Positions 49,508-59,801 of a DNA stretch of 64,000 nt are shown in pieces. The stretch lies in the NCBI GenBank assembly GCA_963827235.1, contig CAWHAE010000019.1:1-64000 (forward strand), in the 5' to 3' direction. The notes beneath the pieces are model-generated. The model was given only the letters and a program-made list of their open reading frames with translations, was not told the origin of the DNA and ran no database searches. The number at the start of each line of letters is the position of its first letter. The first letter of the stretch is position 1. The translations under genes and the position numbers were made by a program. Source of the stretch: an uncultured bacterium. Its GTDB lineage: Bacteria > Chloroflexota > UBA5177 > JANWHV01.

Positions 49508-50227
49508 CTACATGCTGCTCGACATCGGGTCGTCGTCGAGCACGACCGCCGAGAGCTTCTCCGCGCCCATGCCCTTGAGCAGCCCAACGGCGACCACGGT
49601 GTAGTCATGGTCGGCCTTGAACTGCACCCCGCTCACCATCAGCACGGTGGTGGTGTCGGCACCGGCAGGGTGGACCAGCAGCGTGTAGGTGCCGGTCGGC
49701 ACCGTTACCGGAGCCATGGCGCGATTGGGGAAGGAGACGTCTTTGAAGATAAGCCCCGCCCCCTTTGCCTCTATGTCAACAGCCGGTGCGTTGGGTGCGA
49801 GGTGGATGAACCGCACCGTGGCCTTCGCGCTGTTCATGCCTGCCGGGAGGCTGAACACCTTTGCCGAGATCGACTTCAGCTGTCCGACCGCCGCCACGGT
49901 GTAGTAGATGTTCGCCTTGAATGGTACGGTGACATTGATCACACCGCCCATGGCGCTATAGGCGGCACCGGCCGGAAAGACTTGCAGATGATGCGAGCCG
50001 GCCGGGACCGAGAGGAACGGCGTGACCTTGGGGAAGGACAGGCTCCGCACCGCCTTGGCCCCGTCGACGAAGACCTCGACGGCCGGAGCATCCGGGCTGG
50101 CATGGAGGACGCGGACGTAGGCGTTGGCCGCCGCCTGGATAGGCTGGGTGAGGCTAAACGGTGCAACCAGGGCACCGAATACACCCAAGGCCAGTGCGCC
50201 GCGACGGATTGAGATGGATATCGACAT
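49508..50227 (-). CDS. secreted DUF4397 domain protein
   Basis: Signal peptide; two repeats VRVLHASPDAPAVEV / VRFIHLAPNAPAVDI and YTVAAVG; SD AAGGAG. Confidence 0.9.
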   Translation of the reverse strand: MSISISIRRGALALGVFGALVAPFSLTQPIQAAANAYVRVLHASPDAPAVEVFVDGAKAVRSLSFPKVTPFLSVPAGSHHLQVFPAGAAYSAMGGVINVTVPFKANIYYTVAAVGQLKSISAKVFSLPAGMNSAKATVRFIHLAPNAPAVDIEAKGAGLIFKDVSFPNRAMAPVTVPTGTYTLLVHPAGADTTTVLMVSGVQFKADHDYTVVAVGLLKGMGAEKLSAVVLDDDPMSSSM

Positions 50228-50495
50228 TTGTGTAGCTCCTTCGACGTGCAAATGATTCGTGAAACGGGCCGATAGCGAGAGGCTTGACATGCAAGCGGTA
50301 GGTGGCGCGCGTACAGTCAGAGCGGCGAAGCGATGGATGGGGGCAACGACACCCCCGAGCGTCGAGCACTGAACGCATTTGCCGCTTCAGCTCGGGGCGC
50401 AGAGCTATTGCTTCACCGGTATTGATTGTCTGGATCTCTCCTTTCACCAGAATTGGCACGCGGTACAGCAAGATGCGGGTGGGCGACGCGGAGCG

Positions 50496-52784
50496 TTAGG
50501 CAGCGGCACCATCCGCCACCAAGTCATCCCCCTCAGGCAGCTCTGCAGCGCCCCGCGAGGGCAGCACTCGCAGGAGCCGCGCCGGAAAGGCCGGCAGCCA
50601 CCAGTTCCAGCGCCCAAACAGGGCGACCAGGGCCGGAACCAGGAGCATGCGGACGACGGTGGCATCGAGAAGGACACCGGCTGCCAGGCCGGTGGCGAAG
50701 ATTTTGATGGTGGTTTCCGGGCCGGAGCCAAGCGCGGCGAAGGCCAGGAAGAGGATCAGCGCTGCACTGGTCACCAACCTTCCTGTAGTGCCCACACCCC
50801 GCACCACCGCCGCGTTCGTACGACCGGTGGTGTCGTATTCCTCGCGCATGCGGCTAAGAATGAACACCTCATAGTCCATGGAGATGCCGAAGAGGAAGGC
50901 GAAGACCATCAATGGGACGAAGCTGGTGATCGAGCCCGTGGCCTGAATACCCCAGATGGTCTGTGAGCCGAACCCGTCCTGCCAGACCAGCACCAGGATC
51001 CCCCAGGAGGCCGCGACCGACACCAGGACCAGCACGACGGCCTTGAGCGGCAACAGGATAGAGCGGAATGCACGTGCCAAGAGCACGAAAGTGACGAGCA
51101 CGATCAAGCCGATCATCAGCGGGAAGCTGCCGTACACCGCGGTGATGAAGTCGGCGTTCTCCGCACCAGCGCCGCCAATCCGCACGCTGCCAGATTCAGC
51201 ACGCGCCGCCTGGCGTATGCGATCCAGGGTGGTCCGTCCCGCGCTGGAGCTGCCGTCCGCGGTCGGCAAGGCAACCACGAGTGAGGTGCCGGCTTGGCGC
51301 CAGCCCGAAGTTCCCGGCGCCACGGCACCGCGGACCCCAGATACCTGGCCAAGCCTGAGGGCCACCGACTGTGGGTTGGCGTTCGCTACCAGGATCTCGA
51401 AGGGATTGAGAGCACCGGGCCCAATACCGGCCTGTTCCAAGGCGGACAGACCCTGGTAGGCCTCACCTGCTTTGGCCAGCGAACTGGCCTTTGGGTCGCC
51501 GATATTGAGCGAGAGGGCGGGAATGGCCAGAGCGGCCAGGATCGCGATGGCCACGCCCGCCGTCAGCAAGCGGCGCCGCACCACCAGAGCGCCCCAGGCC
51601 GTCCAGAAGCGGTTCGTACGCGGTTTGCTGCGCCGTGGCCAGTCGATGCGCGGTCCGAGTGTCTTCAACACGACGGGCAACAGGGTGGTGGCGACCAGCA
51701 CGCTCACGAGCGGAATCAACATGCCGCCGTAGCCGACGCTGCGCAGGAAGGGTAGCGGAAGCACGACCAGTGCCAAGAGGCCGACCGCAACCGTCGTGCC
51801 GCTAAAGATCACGGAAGTCCCGGCAGTCTCCATGGCCCGCTGGACTGCCGACGTGTTGTCGAGCCCGCGAGCCCGCTCTTCACGCCAGCGCATCACGATG
51901 AGCAGCGAATAGTCGATGGCGATGCCCAGCCCGATCAGTGCGACGAGAAACTCGACGATGAACGACACGTCGGTGACTCTTGTGAAGCCCCAGATCAGAA
52001 GGAAAGTAGTTGGAATCGCCACGACAGCGATCAAGATCGGTACCAGGGCCAGGAACGAGCCGAAGACGATCGCCAGCACGATCAGCGCCCCGATGCCGCC
52101 CAGCAGGGCTTCCACGAGGACACTCGGGCCGCTGCCGCCGCCACCGCTCTCCAGCGCGCCGGTGCCGGTGATGTCGAAGTGCGCGCCGGCAACAGTGAAG
52201 TGCGAAAGTATCTGGCGGACAGTAGGCAGCGTGGCATCGGCGGCGAAGCCGACCGGCTGGGGTCCGTAGATGAGACCGAAGGTGGTATGCCGGTCTGTGG
52301 AGACAAACAGGCTGCTTCCGGTTGAGGCGAACGACACCGATCGCGTCCGAGGGAGTGCGGCCTGCACGGCGTCGAAGGCGGCGCCGAGCTGAGCGCGCAC
52401 GCCCGGGCTGTCGACCGTCACAGAGGACGGCAACGCGATGACCGGGACGAGCGGTGGTGTCTGGCCGCCGTTGCCGTAGACCTGCAGGATACGTTGGTTG
52501 GTCTGGTAACCAGCCCCGCCGGGGACCGAGAACTGGTAGGATAGCGCGTTGTTGGCCGACTGCAGTGAAAGGATCGCCGCGACCGTGACGAGCAGCCAGA
52601 ACACGGCGACTAACCGGCTATGTGCGAGCATCCAGCGTGTAAACGTGGCCACGAAAGACTGTCTCCTTTGTATAACCGGAGCCGATTGGTTCGGCGGTGA
52701 CGAGCGTCTCCGCCGGGTGCCGCCGCGCCTGGAACTTGCCTCTACCCGCGCCCGACTACCATCAACATACCTGAGTCTCGTCAA
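50496..52784 (-). CDS. MMPL (RND superfamily) transporter
   Basis: GLGIAIDYSL, ETAGTSVIFSG, FGISMDYEVFILSRMREEY, TGRLVTSAALI, LDATVVRMLLVP; start probably downstream of 52784. Confidence 0.93.
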   Translation of the reverse strand: MTRLRYVDGSRARVEASSRRGGTRRRRSSPPNQSAPVIQRRQSFVATFTRWMLAHSRLVAVFWLLVTVAAILSLQSANNALSYQFSVPGGAGYQTNQRILQVYGNGGQTPPLVPVIALPSSVTVDSPGVRAQLGAAFDAVQAALPRTRSVSFASTGSSLFVSTDRHTTFGLIYGPQPVGFAADATLPTVRQILSHFTVAGAHFDITGTGALESGGGGSGPSVLVEALLGGIGALIVLAIVFGSFLALVPILIAVVAIPTTFLLIWGFTRVTDVSFIVEFLVALIGLGIAIDYSLLIVMRWREERARGLDNTSAVQRAMETAGTSVIFSGTTVAVGLLALVVLPLPFLRSVGYGGMLIPLVSVLVATTLLPVVLKTLGPRIDWPRRSKPRTNRFWTAWGALVVRRRLLTAGVAIAILAALAIPALSLNIGDPKASSLAKAGEAYQGLSALEQAGIGPGALNPFEILVANANPQSVALRLGQVSGVRGAVAPGTSGWRQAGTSLVVALPTADGSSSAGRTTLDRIRQAARAESGSVRIGGAGAENADFITAVYGSFPLMIGLIVLVTFVLLARAFRSILLPLKAVVLVLVSVAASWGILVLVWQDGFGSQTIWGIQATGSITSFVPLMVFAFLFGISMDYEVFILSRMREEYDTTGRTNAAVVRGVGTTGRLVTSAALILFLAFAALGSGPETTIKIFATGLAAGVLLDATVVRMLLVPALVALFGRWNWWLPAFPARLLRVLPSRGAAELPEGDDLVADGAAA

Positions 52785-52785
52785 G

Positions 52786-52807
52786 TTGACTAATTTTTCT
52801 TAGTCAA
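52786..52807. promoter_or_regulatory. palindromic operator upstream of the MMPL gene
   Basis: TTGACTAA-TTTTTC-TTAGTCAA; arms identical to 59802-59823. Confidence 0.8.
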
Positions 52808-52886
52808 TACATCCAAGGTCGTGGACGATCCAACCCTCCGCGTTGAGCTGGCGCATCCGCGCATCGACGATGGGATAGCCCGTCGC

Positions 52887-54392
52887 TTACGGTTGTCCGA
52901 GGTCCTGGCGAATGCGCTGTGCCACGAGCCGAGCACCAATCACCACCATCGGTACGCCGCCGCCTGGGACCGTCCCAGCACCCACGAAGTACAGGCCGTC
53001 GAGGGCCTTGGCCTTGTTATGCGGCCGCATGTACCCGACCTGGAAGAAATCGTGAGCCAGCCCGAAGGTTGCCCCGTGGCGCAGGTGATACGAGTCGGCC
53101 CAGTCGGGCGGCGTGACCATCTTCTCCACCACGATGTGCTTGCGTATGTCCGGCGCTGCTACCGATTCGACGCGGTCGAGCACCAACTCTCTGTAGCGCG
53201 GACCCTCGGCCGCCCAGTCCATGCCCTCGTAAATCCGAGGCACGGGAACGAGAACGTAGACCGAGTCCGCGCCGGCCGGAGCCATCGCCGGATCGGTGCG
53301 GGTCACGCAGTGCACGTAGAAGGAGGGATCCAGGGGCAGGCGATGCCGTTTGAAGATCTGGTCGAAGTTCTCCTCCGTATCCTTGGCAAGGAATACGTTG
53401 TGATGGAAGAGGCCGTCGTAGACCTTGTCGACGCCGAGGTACAACATGAGGGCCGAACAGCCGTAGCGCAGGCGCTCCAGCCGCGCTTCGGTATAGGGCG
53501 CGCGATACCGAGGCGGCACCAGCGAGCTGTAGCTGTGAGGGAGGTCTGCATTGCAGATGACGACGTCTGCTTCCAGTTCGCTGCCGTCCACCAAACGCAC
53601 GCCCGAGGCGCGGCCGTTCCTCACGGTGATCTCCTGCGCCTCGCAGCCGAGACGCAGGTCACCGCCCAGTTCCGCGAGGAGCCGCACGAGCGCGCGTGGA
53701 ATGCTGTACATGCCGCCCATGGGGTACCAGATGCCGTCGCGGATCTCCGTGTACGACAGCAAGGAGTAGATCGCCGGCGCGTCGGACGGCGCCAGGCCCA
53801 GATACATCGTCTGGAACGTGAGCGCCAGGCGAAGGCGCGGATCCTTGAAATAGCGGGCGGCGAAGTTCGTGAGCGGGGTCAAGGCATTCAGCCGCGTCAT
53901 GTAGTAGAGATTCGCCGGCGTGAAGAACTCGGCCCAATTGCGGAAGTTGCGGTCGGTGAAGCGCTGCCGTGACACACGGTACTTGTAGCCGGCGTCGGCG
54001 AGAAAGCGCAGATACTGGTCGCCTGCTCCCGGCTCCATGGCCTCGAGCTGACGGCGCATGGCCGCCTCGTCACTCGACATATCGAGCTGTGCACCATCGC
54101 CAAAGCGAATCCGGTAGTTGAAGGGCAGCCGGACGAGCTCGAGGTACTCGCCGATATCCCTACCCACCGACCGGAACAGCTCGCGCAGCGTATCCACCAT
54201 CAGAAGAATCGACGGCCCTGTATCGAAGGTAAAGCCGGCCTCGGCGTAGGTGTTGCAGCGACCCCCAGGTGTTGAATTCTTCTCCAGCACGGTGACGTCG
54301 TAGCCCTGGCGTTGCAGTCGAACCGCCGTTGCCAGGCCTCCCAGCCCGGCGCCAATTACAATTGCTCGCTTCATTGCCCTTTTTTTGCCCAT
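52887..54392 (-). CDS. crtI: phytoene desaturase
   Basis: VIGAGLGGLA, EKN..PGGR, FDTGPS, YPMGG, GATFGLAH, LYFVGAGTVPGGGVPMV; alternative start 54374. Confidence 0.93.
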   Translation of the reverse strand: MGKKRAMKRAIVIGAGLGGLATAVRLQRQGYDVTVLEKNSTPGGRCNTYAEAGFTFDTGPSILLMVDTLRELFRSVGRDIGEYLELVRLPFNYRIRFGDGAQLDMSSDEAAMRRQLEAMEPGAGDQYLRFLADAGYKYRVSRQRFTDRNFRNWAEFFTPANLYYMTRLNALTPLTNFAARYFKDPRLRLALTFQTMYLGLAPSDAPAIYSLLSYTEIRDGIWYPMGGMYSIPRALVRLLAELGGDLRLGCEAQEITVRNGRASGVRLVDGSELEADVVICNADLPHSYSSLVPPRYRAPYTEARLERLRYGCSALMLYLGVDKVYDGLFHHNVFLAKDTEENFDQIFKRHRLPLDPSFYVHCVTRTDPAMAPAGADSVYVLVPVPRIYEGMDWAAEGPRYRELVLDRVESVAAPDIRKHIVVEKMVTPPDWADSYHLRHGATFGLAHDFFQVGYMRPHNKAKALDGLYFVGAGTVPGGGVPMVVIGARLVAQRIRQDLGQP

Positions 54393-54429
54393 CCTCCGGC
54401 AGGTTCCGGATTATCGCCCTCAGCGACTT

Positions 54430-54774
54430 CTAGTCAGAGGTCATCGCCTGGACACTCCAGCGCTTCAGAAAAAGGTCGCGGAGCAACAGCACGGACTGCA
54501 CGACCATCAGGTTCGTGAGCAAGAAGAAGACGGCCTCCTCGATCGGCACATCACCCACCAGGAGTCCCACGACGCGGTCGGCGTGCAGCGTCCAGATCCC
54601 GGAATGTATTGCCACGCCATCCGCGGCCGAGAGATACACGGTCGGCAGCCCAGCGGCGACGGCAATCAGTCGCAGTCGGCCCAGCAGGACCCGCAGGCCG
54701 ACGAGCCAGTGCACGATCAGCACTGGCGCCGCCCAGCCCAGTTCGAAGACGAGATATGTGGCGTGACCAAACAC
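54430..54774 (-). CDS. lycopene cyclase domain protein (heterodimeric cyclase subunit)
   Basis: Small TM protein: AD..AI..GIW, VPIEEAVFFLLTN. Confidence 0.88.
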   Translation of the reverse strand: MFGHATYLVFELGWAAPVLIVHWLVGLRVLLGRLRLIAVAAGLPTVYLSAADGVAIHSGIWTLHADRVVGLLVGDVPIEEAVFFLLTNLMVVQSVLLLRDLFLKRWSVQAMTSD

Positions 54775-54777
54775 GGG

Positions 54778-55092
54778 CTACCGCGTCCGAGAAGTCTGCC
54801 GTTGCAGCAGCCATATCGTGAAAAGACCGGTCATCGCCACTTGCAGGATGTAGAAGACGTACTCCTCGAACGGCACGACGCCTACTACGGCGCCGATCAC
54901 ATGGGTGCGGCCGAACGACCAGACGCCGTTTCGAATGAGCGCGTTATCCCATGGCGCGGTATAAGCCAGGGCCACCAGCGTGGTGAATGCCGCCACCGGC
55001 CACGCCCAGGCCGGAACGCGCCCACGCAGCGCGACGAGCAGGCCACCGATCGGCACGACCAGGAACAAGGCCAGGAACGCGAAGTAGCTCAT
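54778..55092 (-). CDS. lycopene cyclase domain protein (heterodimeric cyclase subunit)
   Basis: MSYFAFL, YTAPWDNALI..GVW, VPFEEYVFYILQ. Confidence 0.9.
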   Translation of the reverse strand: MSYFAFLALFLVVPIGGLLVALRGRVPAWAWPVAAFTTLVALAYTAPWDNALIRNGVWSFGRTHVIGAVVGVVPFEEYVFYILQVAMTGLFTIWLLQRQTSRTR

Positions 55093-55171
55093 GCCTGACT
55101 CCCTCTCACGAAATGACAGAGTAGCGCGGTGCGGCCGCCGCAGACCGGCAGCTCAGTGTGATCACGGCGAT

Positions 55172-55873
55172 TTACGTCCCCGCACGACGTGTCGCCTTCA
55201 GCATGATGTGGTAGGACAGGCGGCCGCACCGAAGGTGATCCTCGGCTATGTAAGCCCCGTAGTACAGATAGGCCAGGCGGTCGTAGAGCGCCTGGCTGCG
55301 GAAAAGGCCTTTGCCCAGCGCCAACATCGCCAGGTTCAGGAGCTCTACCATGCCCAACCCGGTCCGCTCGACTTGTTCCACGACGAACTGCGGCGACAGC
55401 AGGCGTCGCAGGTCGGCTTCGCCGTAATGGCGATGAAAGGGATACCCGCCTGCAATCACTTCCTCCGGCGGATGGGATCCGCCGCCGGCGAAAAAGTCCC
55501 ACACGTTGAGCGAATCCAGCCACCGGAAGATGCCCTTGTGCGGGACGCTGAGAATCAGTTTGCCGCCAGGGCGCAGCACCCTGGCGATCTCTTCGAGTAC
55601 CGGTTGCTCGCGTCGCACGTGTTCCAGCACGTCGAGCAGCAGCACTGCATTGAAACAGGCATCGGGAAACGGCAGGGATTCCGCACGGGCCACTTCGAAG
55701 GGAATGCCCGGGTAACGGCGCCACGCGCGCTCGACGAAGGCGATCGACGCGTCCACGCCGCGAACCTCGTGCCGGCGCGCGACCAAGGCGGTGCCGTAAC
55801 CGAATGCGCAGCCAACATCGAGCACACGGCCGCCATCTTCCAACTGCCGCACGGCGCGCTGCCATCGTGCCAT
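55172..55873 (-). CDS. class I SAM-dependent methyltransferase in the carotenoid operon
   Basis: VLDVGCAFG, GVD, LPFPD..F, DVLEHV, RVLRPGG. Confidence 0.9.
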   Translation of the reverse strand: MARWQRAVRQLEDGGRVLDVGCAFGYGTALVARRHEVRGVDASIAFVERAWRRYPGIPFEVARAESLPFPDACFNAVLLLDVLEHVRREQPVLEEIARVLRPGGKLILSVPHKGIFRWLDSLNVWDFFAGGGSHPPEEVIAGGYPFHRHYGEADLRRLLSPQFVVEQVERTGLGMVELLNLAMLALGKGLFRSQALYDRLAYLYYGAYIAEDHLRCGRLSYHIMLKATRRAGT

Positions 55874-55879
55874 CTCTGC

Positions 55880-57994
55880 CTACTCCTCTCCGCGAGCTAT
55901 TGTCGCCCGGGAAGATCCGGCCTGCATCGTGCTGCAGCCCGAGCCAATCCGGACCCGGGCGGCTACCGTGCCGCGGTTGCCCCCGGCTCGACCCCAGGTG
56001 TCATGGCCGGGCGCCGGTGCGGCGAACACGCCTCGGAGCCGCGGAGGAACAAGGGCGGCGATACCGTGCATGGCACCCGACCTCGCCCACGTGTCACGGG
56101 CCCCGCCGTCAGGCGCAGACAGAAGATCCGGCGCCCAGGCCGTGCCAAACTGTGCGTGCAGCGTGCCCCCGGATTCCCACACCGCGGCCGGCACAACCGC
56201 GACGCCGGAGCGATACAGCCGCAGAAGCAGCGAGCCGGTGCCGGGGAGCGCTTCTCGCAGGCCGGCGGTGCTGCCCTCAGATCCCTCGGGAAACAGCACG
56301 ATCGGCTCACCCTGTCCCCGGGGCGGCGGCAGCGCAAGTCGAAAAAGCCGGCGGAGTGCCACGGCCCGGCCGGCGACCGCGCGCGGATCAGTAGGCAGCG
56401 AGACCATGCTCCAGATTCGCGCGACGCGGCCCAGCAGCAATCCCGACCCGGGAACCGCGTGACCTCGCACACGCATGTCACCGATCACCGCGAAGTGCAC
56501 GCGTGACCTGTCCGGCCGGACACGGCGGATCTCACGAGCAAGGATGCCTCCCGCAAAGCCGATCCACAGGCCGCGACGCTGGTAGTGATTGGCGATCACT
56601 ACGAGGGCGCCGGTCTTGGGTACGTGATCCTGGCCAGAGACGACCGGTTGGCGCGGCCATGCGGCGAGCACGCGCTCGGCATCCTCCTCGATGGACCTGC
56701 GCGTGCCGTCCAGCAGACTGCGCGTCAAGCCCAGCCACAGCCAGAACGGGAGTGTATACTGGCGTGTCCCGTCCAGGCGGTAGCCGCGTCGAAGCGTCGG
56801 AGCGATGGCCATGGTTCTCATCCTTTCCTGTCGTGGTGCGAATGACGCCGTCGAGCGCTCATTTCGTCGGTAGGTGCGGCCCTTCCACCGCGAGCCGCGC
56901 CGCGTGAGAGTCCGAACCGCCGAATGCAAGGCAATCGTCTGGAAGACAATCGCCGAGGCGGGGTAGAAGAAAGCGCCAAACCGGCCGGCCTGGAACCGTC
57001 GCTGCCAAAACAGCATTCCACCCATGCCGACGCCGTAGCCGGCTAGCACCCAGAGCATGCGGATGCTGCCGCCCCGACGCCATGCGTGCCAGGCCAGTAT
57101 AGGCAAGGCCGTATTGGCGGTGACGCTCGCGGCCGTGACTGCGCCCCCGCCGGGATCTGCCGCCACAAAGCGAAAAGAGTTCTTCGCGAAGCCAGACCAG
57201 ATGGCGCCAAGGCTGTCGTACATGCGCACGCTCGCCAGCCCTTCCCCGCGAGCCAGGAGAAGATTGAGTCCCGCGCGCCGGCACTGCTGCGCCAGGGCCA
57301 CATCTTCGATCAAGCTGCCGCGCACGGCCTCGTGGCCCCCGCTGCGCTTGTAGGCGCCGGCGCTCAAGAGTATCCACTGTCCGTTGGCTCGAGGACTCGA
57401 CGGCCGCGCCCCCGCGAAGTAGCGACTGTACGCATACGGCAGCAGCAGCCGCTCCCAGGCCGTGATGCAGCGCTGTTGCAGGAGCAGCGACAGCCCATCC
57501 AGATTGTGCGCGAGCACAAACGTCAGGCTGGCCTGCAGCGCCTGCGGAGATAGTGCGGTGTCGGCGTCGAGAAAGAGCAGCCACGGCTCGGTTGCAGCAG
57601 CCGCGCCAAGGTGGCAGGCAAAGGTCTTGCCTGTCCATCCAGCGGGCGGCCCGGGACAGCGGATCACCAGCGACGCCGCCTTTTCGGCAAGGGCGCCGGT
57701 CCCGTCCTCGGACTGATCGTCGACGACGATGATCTGGGCCGGCTTCACCGATTGAGCGGCAAGGGACGCGAGCAGCGTGGGCAGGCGGTGCGCTTCGTTA
57801 CGCGCGGGAATGATCACCGAGATGGGCGACGGAAGGTCGTCGCTGGCCACGCGCTCGTCCACACCACCAACGACAGGGAGCCGAGCATAGTTGCGACGCG
57901 CCAGACCGGCGGTCAGCGCTTCCCAGGCCAGAAGGCCCGCAAGAAGAAGCTGCTCCCAGTTCTGCATGGTCCGGGCGTTCCCGCGGCGTATCAC
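55880..57994 (-). CDS. carotenoid glycosyltransferase (GT2, CrtQ/CruC-like) fused to a PlsC-type acyltransferase
   Basis: IIPARNE, DDQSEDGT, GWTGK..AC, FLDAD, ANGQ, IEDVALA, RMY, WKGR; then NHY..G and FPEG acyltransferase motifs. Confidence 0.85.
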   Translation of the reverse strand: MIRRGNARTMQNWEQLLLAGLLAWEALTAGLARRNYARLPVVGGVDERVASDDLPSPISVIIPARNEAHRLPTLLASLAAQSVKPAQIIVVDDQSEDGTGALAEKAASLVIRCPGPPAGWTGKTFACHLGAAAATEPWLLFLDADTALSPQALQASLTFVLAHNLDGLSLLLQQRCITAWERLLLPYAYSRYFAGARPSSPRANGQWILLSAGAYKRSGGHEAVRGSLIEDVALAQQCRRAGLNLLLARGEGLASVRMYDSLGAIWSGFAKNSFRFVAADPGGGAVTAASVTANTALPILAWHAWRRGGSIRMLWVLAGYGVGMGGMLFWQRRFQAGRFGAFFYPASAIVFQTIALHSAVRTLTRRGSRWKGRTYRRNERSTASFAPRQERMRTMAIAPTLRRGYRLDGTRQYTLPFWLWLGLTRSLLDGTRRSIEEDAERVLAAWPRQPVVSGQDHVPKTGALVVIANHYQRRGLWIGFAGGILAREIRRVRPDRSRVHFAVIGDMRVRGHAVPGSGLLLGRVARIWSMVSLPTDPRAVAGRAVALRRLFRLALPPPRGQGEPIVLFPEGSEGSTAGLREALPGTGSLLLRLYRSGVAVVPAAVWESGGTLHAQFGTAWAPDLLSAPDGGARDTWARSGAMHGIAALVPPRLRGVFAAPAPGHDTWGRAGGNRGTVAARVRIGSGCSTMQAGSSRATIARGEE

Positions 57995-58006
57995 TGCGAT
58001 CGGCTT

Positions 58007-59518
58007 TCAGACATCGACGACGATCCGGTGATATCCGGTCGCGCCCGCCGGGTACACATCGCTGTCACGCTGGGCCTGCGCCACTCCCGTCCCGTCGTAG
58101 GCGCGAGCCTCCAGGGTCAGATGGCCGCGCGACGGCAGTACAAGCCGCCACTGCACCCAGGCAAATTGGGAAAGCGCCGGCACATCAAGTGCGGCGTCGA
58201 TCCAGGGACCGCTCCCCGCCCGCACCTGCACCCGGCGTATCCCCCGTTTCCCTGCGAAAGCGATGCCGGCGACGAGCGTGCCGCCTGCGGTTCTTCGCGC
58301 CAGGTCGATGCGCGCCGTCGTGTGCACCACGGCGCTCTCCGTCCAGCCCAGCTCCTGCCAGCTGCCCTTGAATGTATGGTCGACGAGCTCGACGTGCTCG
58401 ACCCACTTTATGCTCTTGAACCCGTAGCTACCGGGGATCAACATGCGAGCCGGGTAGCCGTGCCGTCGATCCAGATATTGGCCGTTCATGCCGTAGGCCA
58501 CGAGCACGGCGGGATCGAGGGCCAGCTCAAGCGGGATGCTGTCCGCCAGACCGTCCGCGGAACGCATCACGACCTCGGCGTCGGGGGTTAGCGGGCCTGC
58601 CGCCGAGAGCAGCGCGCGCAGCGGCACGCCGGTGAACTGCGCGCAGCTCATGAGCGGTCCGCCGACCGGATTGCTGACACACTCCTGCGTCACGTACTGG
58701 GATGTTGACGGCAGCGCCAGCAAGGTGTCAAAGGTGTAGACGTATGGGCGTTTGACCAGGCCGTCGACTCGCAAGCTCCAGCTCTCGTCGCCCAAATCGG
58801 GGTCGACAAGGTTCTTGGTCAGGTAGTAGAAGTTGTCGACGGCAGTCACTTCCGGCGTGATTCCCGGGATGTCGAAGCCATGCCTCCGCGGTCGAGGCGC
58901 ACTGAAGCCGGAGGTCTTGCCGCCGCGCGTCAGAACAGTGCGCGACTTGTACCAGGGCTCGACCAGCAGCAGGCCGGTCAACACCGTGGCGGCGCGTATG
59001 ATGCGGATGCCGTCGGAGATGACTGCTCGCCGTGGTCGCTTTCGCCCCGCCGGCTCCGCGCGCGGACCGCGATACGCGGTGATGTGGCGCCACGCCAGTA
59101 CTGCCGAGTACAGGGCTATCAGGACGGCGGGCGGCACGGGATCCAGCGGCGGGAACACGATGAACAAAGTGGCACAAAGCAGCAGCAATGCCGCCACTGG
59201 AGGCAGACAGGCAGGCAGCCTGCCGTGTGGGATGGCGGTGACAGCACCGACCAGTCCGCCCAGCACAAGACTGACGGCGAACCCGCCCAGCAGTGCGAGC
59301 GGGCGGGCAGCCGGGCCGAGACGCAGGATCAACTGCTGAGCAATATCAACAGGCGTTGCCAGCATAACCTTCTCGGCCAGCGGCTCCAACGCCCATGGCC
59401 AGTTGAACAATAGGCTCAGTCCGCTGGCAATTACCATGGCCGGTGCCATCGCCAGCATGCCGTTTCTGTATCCTTCCAGTACTTTCGTTTCTGTCCTATT
59501 TCTCGTCATCGACGCCAC
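58007..59518 (-). CDS. membrane-anchored molybdopterin oxidoreductase (sulfite oxidase family)
   Basis: N-terminal TMs; FY..KN, ECVSNPVGG, FTGVPL, AYGMNG..L..HGYPAR..PG.YG.KSIKW. Confidence 0.9.
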   Translation of the reverse strand: MASMTRNRTETKVLEGYRNGMLAMAPAMVIASGLSLLFNWPWALEPLAEKVMLATPVDIAQQLILRLGPAARPLALLGGFAVSLVLGGLVGAVTAIPHGRLPACLPPVAALLLLCATLFIVFPPLDPVPPAVLIALYSAVLAWRHITAYRGPRAEPAGRKRPRRAVISDGIRIIRAATVLTGLLLVEPWYKSRTVLTRGGKTSGFSAPRPRRHGFDIPGITPEVTAVDNFYYLTKNLVDPDLGDESWSLRVDGLVKRPYVYTFDTLLALPSTSQYVTQECVSNPVGGPLMSCAQFTGVPLRALLSAAGPLTPDAEVVMRSADGLADSIPLELALDPAVLVAYGMNGQYLDRRHGYPARMLIPGSYGFKSIKWVEHVELVDHTFKGSWQELGWTESAVVHTTARIDLARRTAGGTLVAGIAFAGKRGIRRVQVRAGSGPWIDAALDVPALSQFAWVQWRLVLPSRGHLTLEARAYDGTGVAQAQRDSDVYPAGATGYHRIVVDV

Positions 59519-59801
59519 GTCCGTGCAAAGACGACCTACCTCTCGAAGGTCAACCGATAGTTGGTGTAGGAAACCCGAGCCTCACGTACTACTGCTTGCT
59601 GCGGTATGCCATTTGCTTCCAGGGAGCGCACGACATCGAGCGCTTCCTGCACGCGTGGTGCCGCGCAACTGGGACGAGAACGACTAGCGGACAACACCCG
59701 CTCTGTCGATGACTTGAGTGGCGCTGCTCGGCAGAAGGCCAGAGACCGACGTCGCGGCGTTGACGAGCCATCTCCTACCAACGTACACGAGTTCACGAGT
59801 C

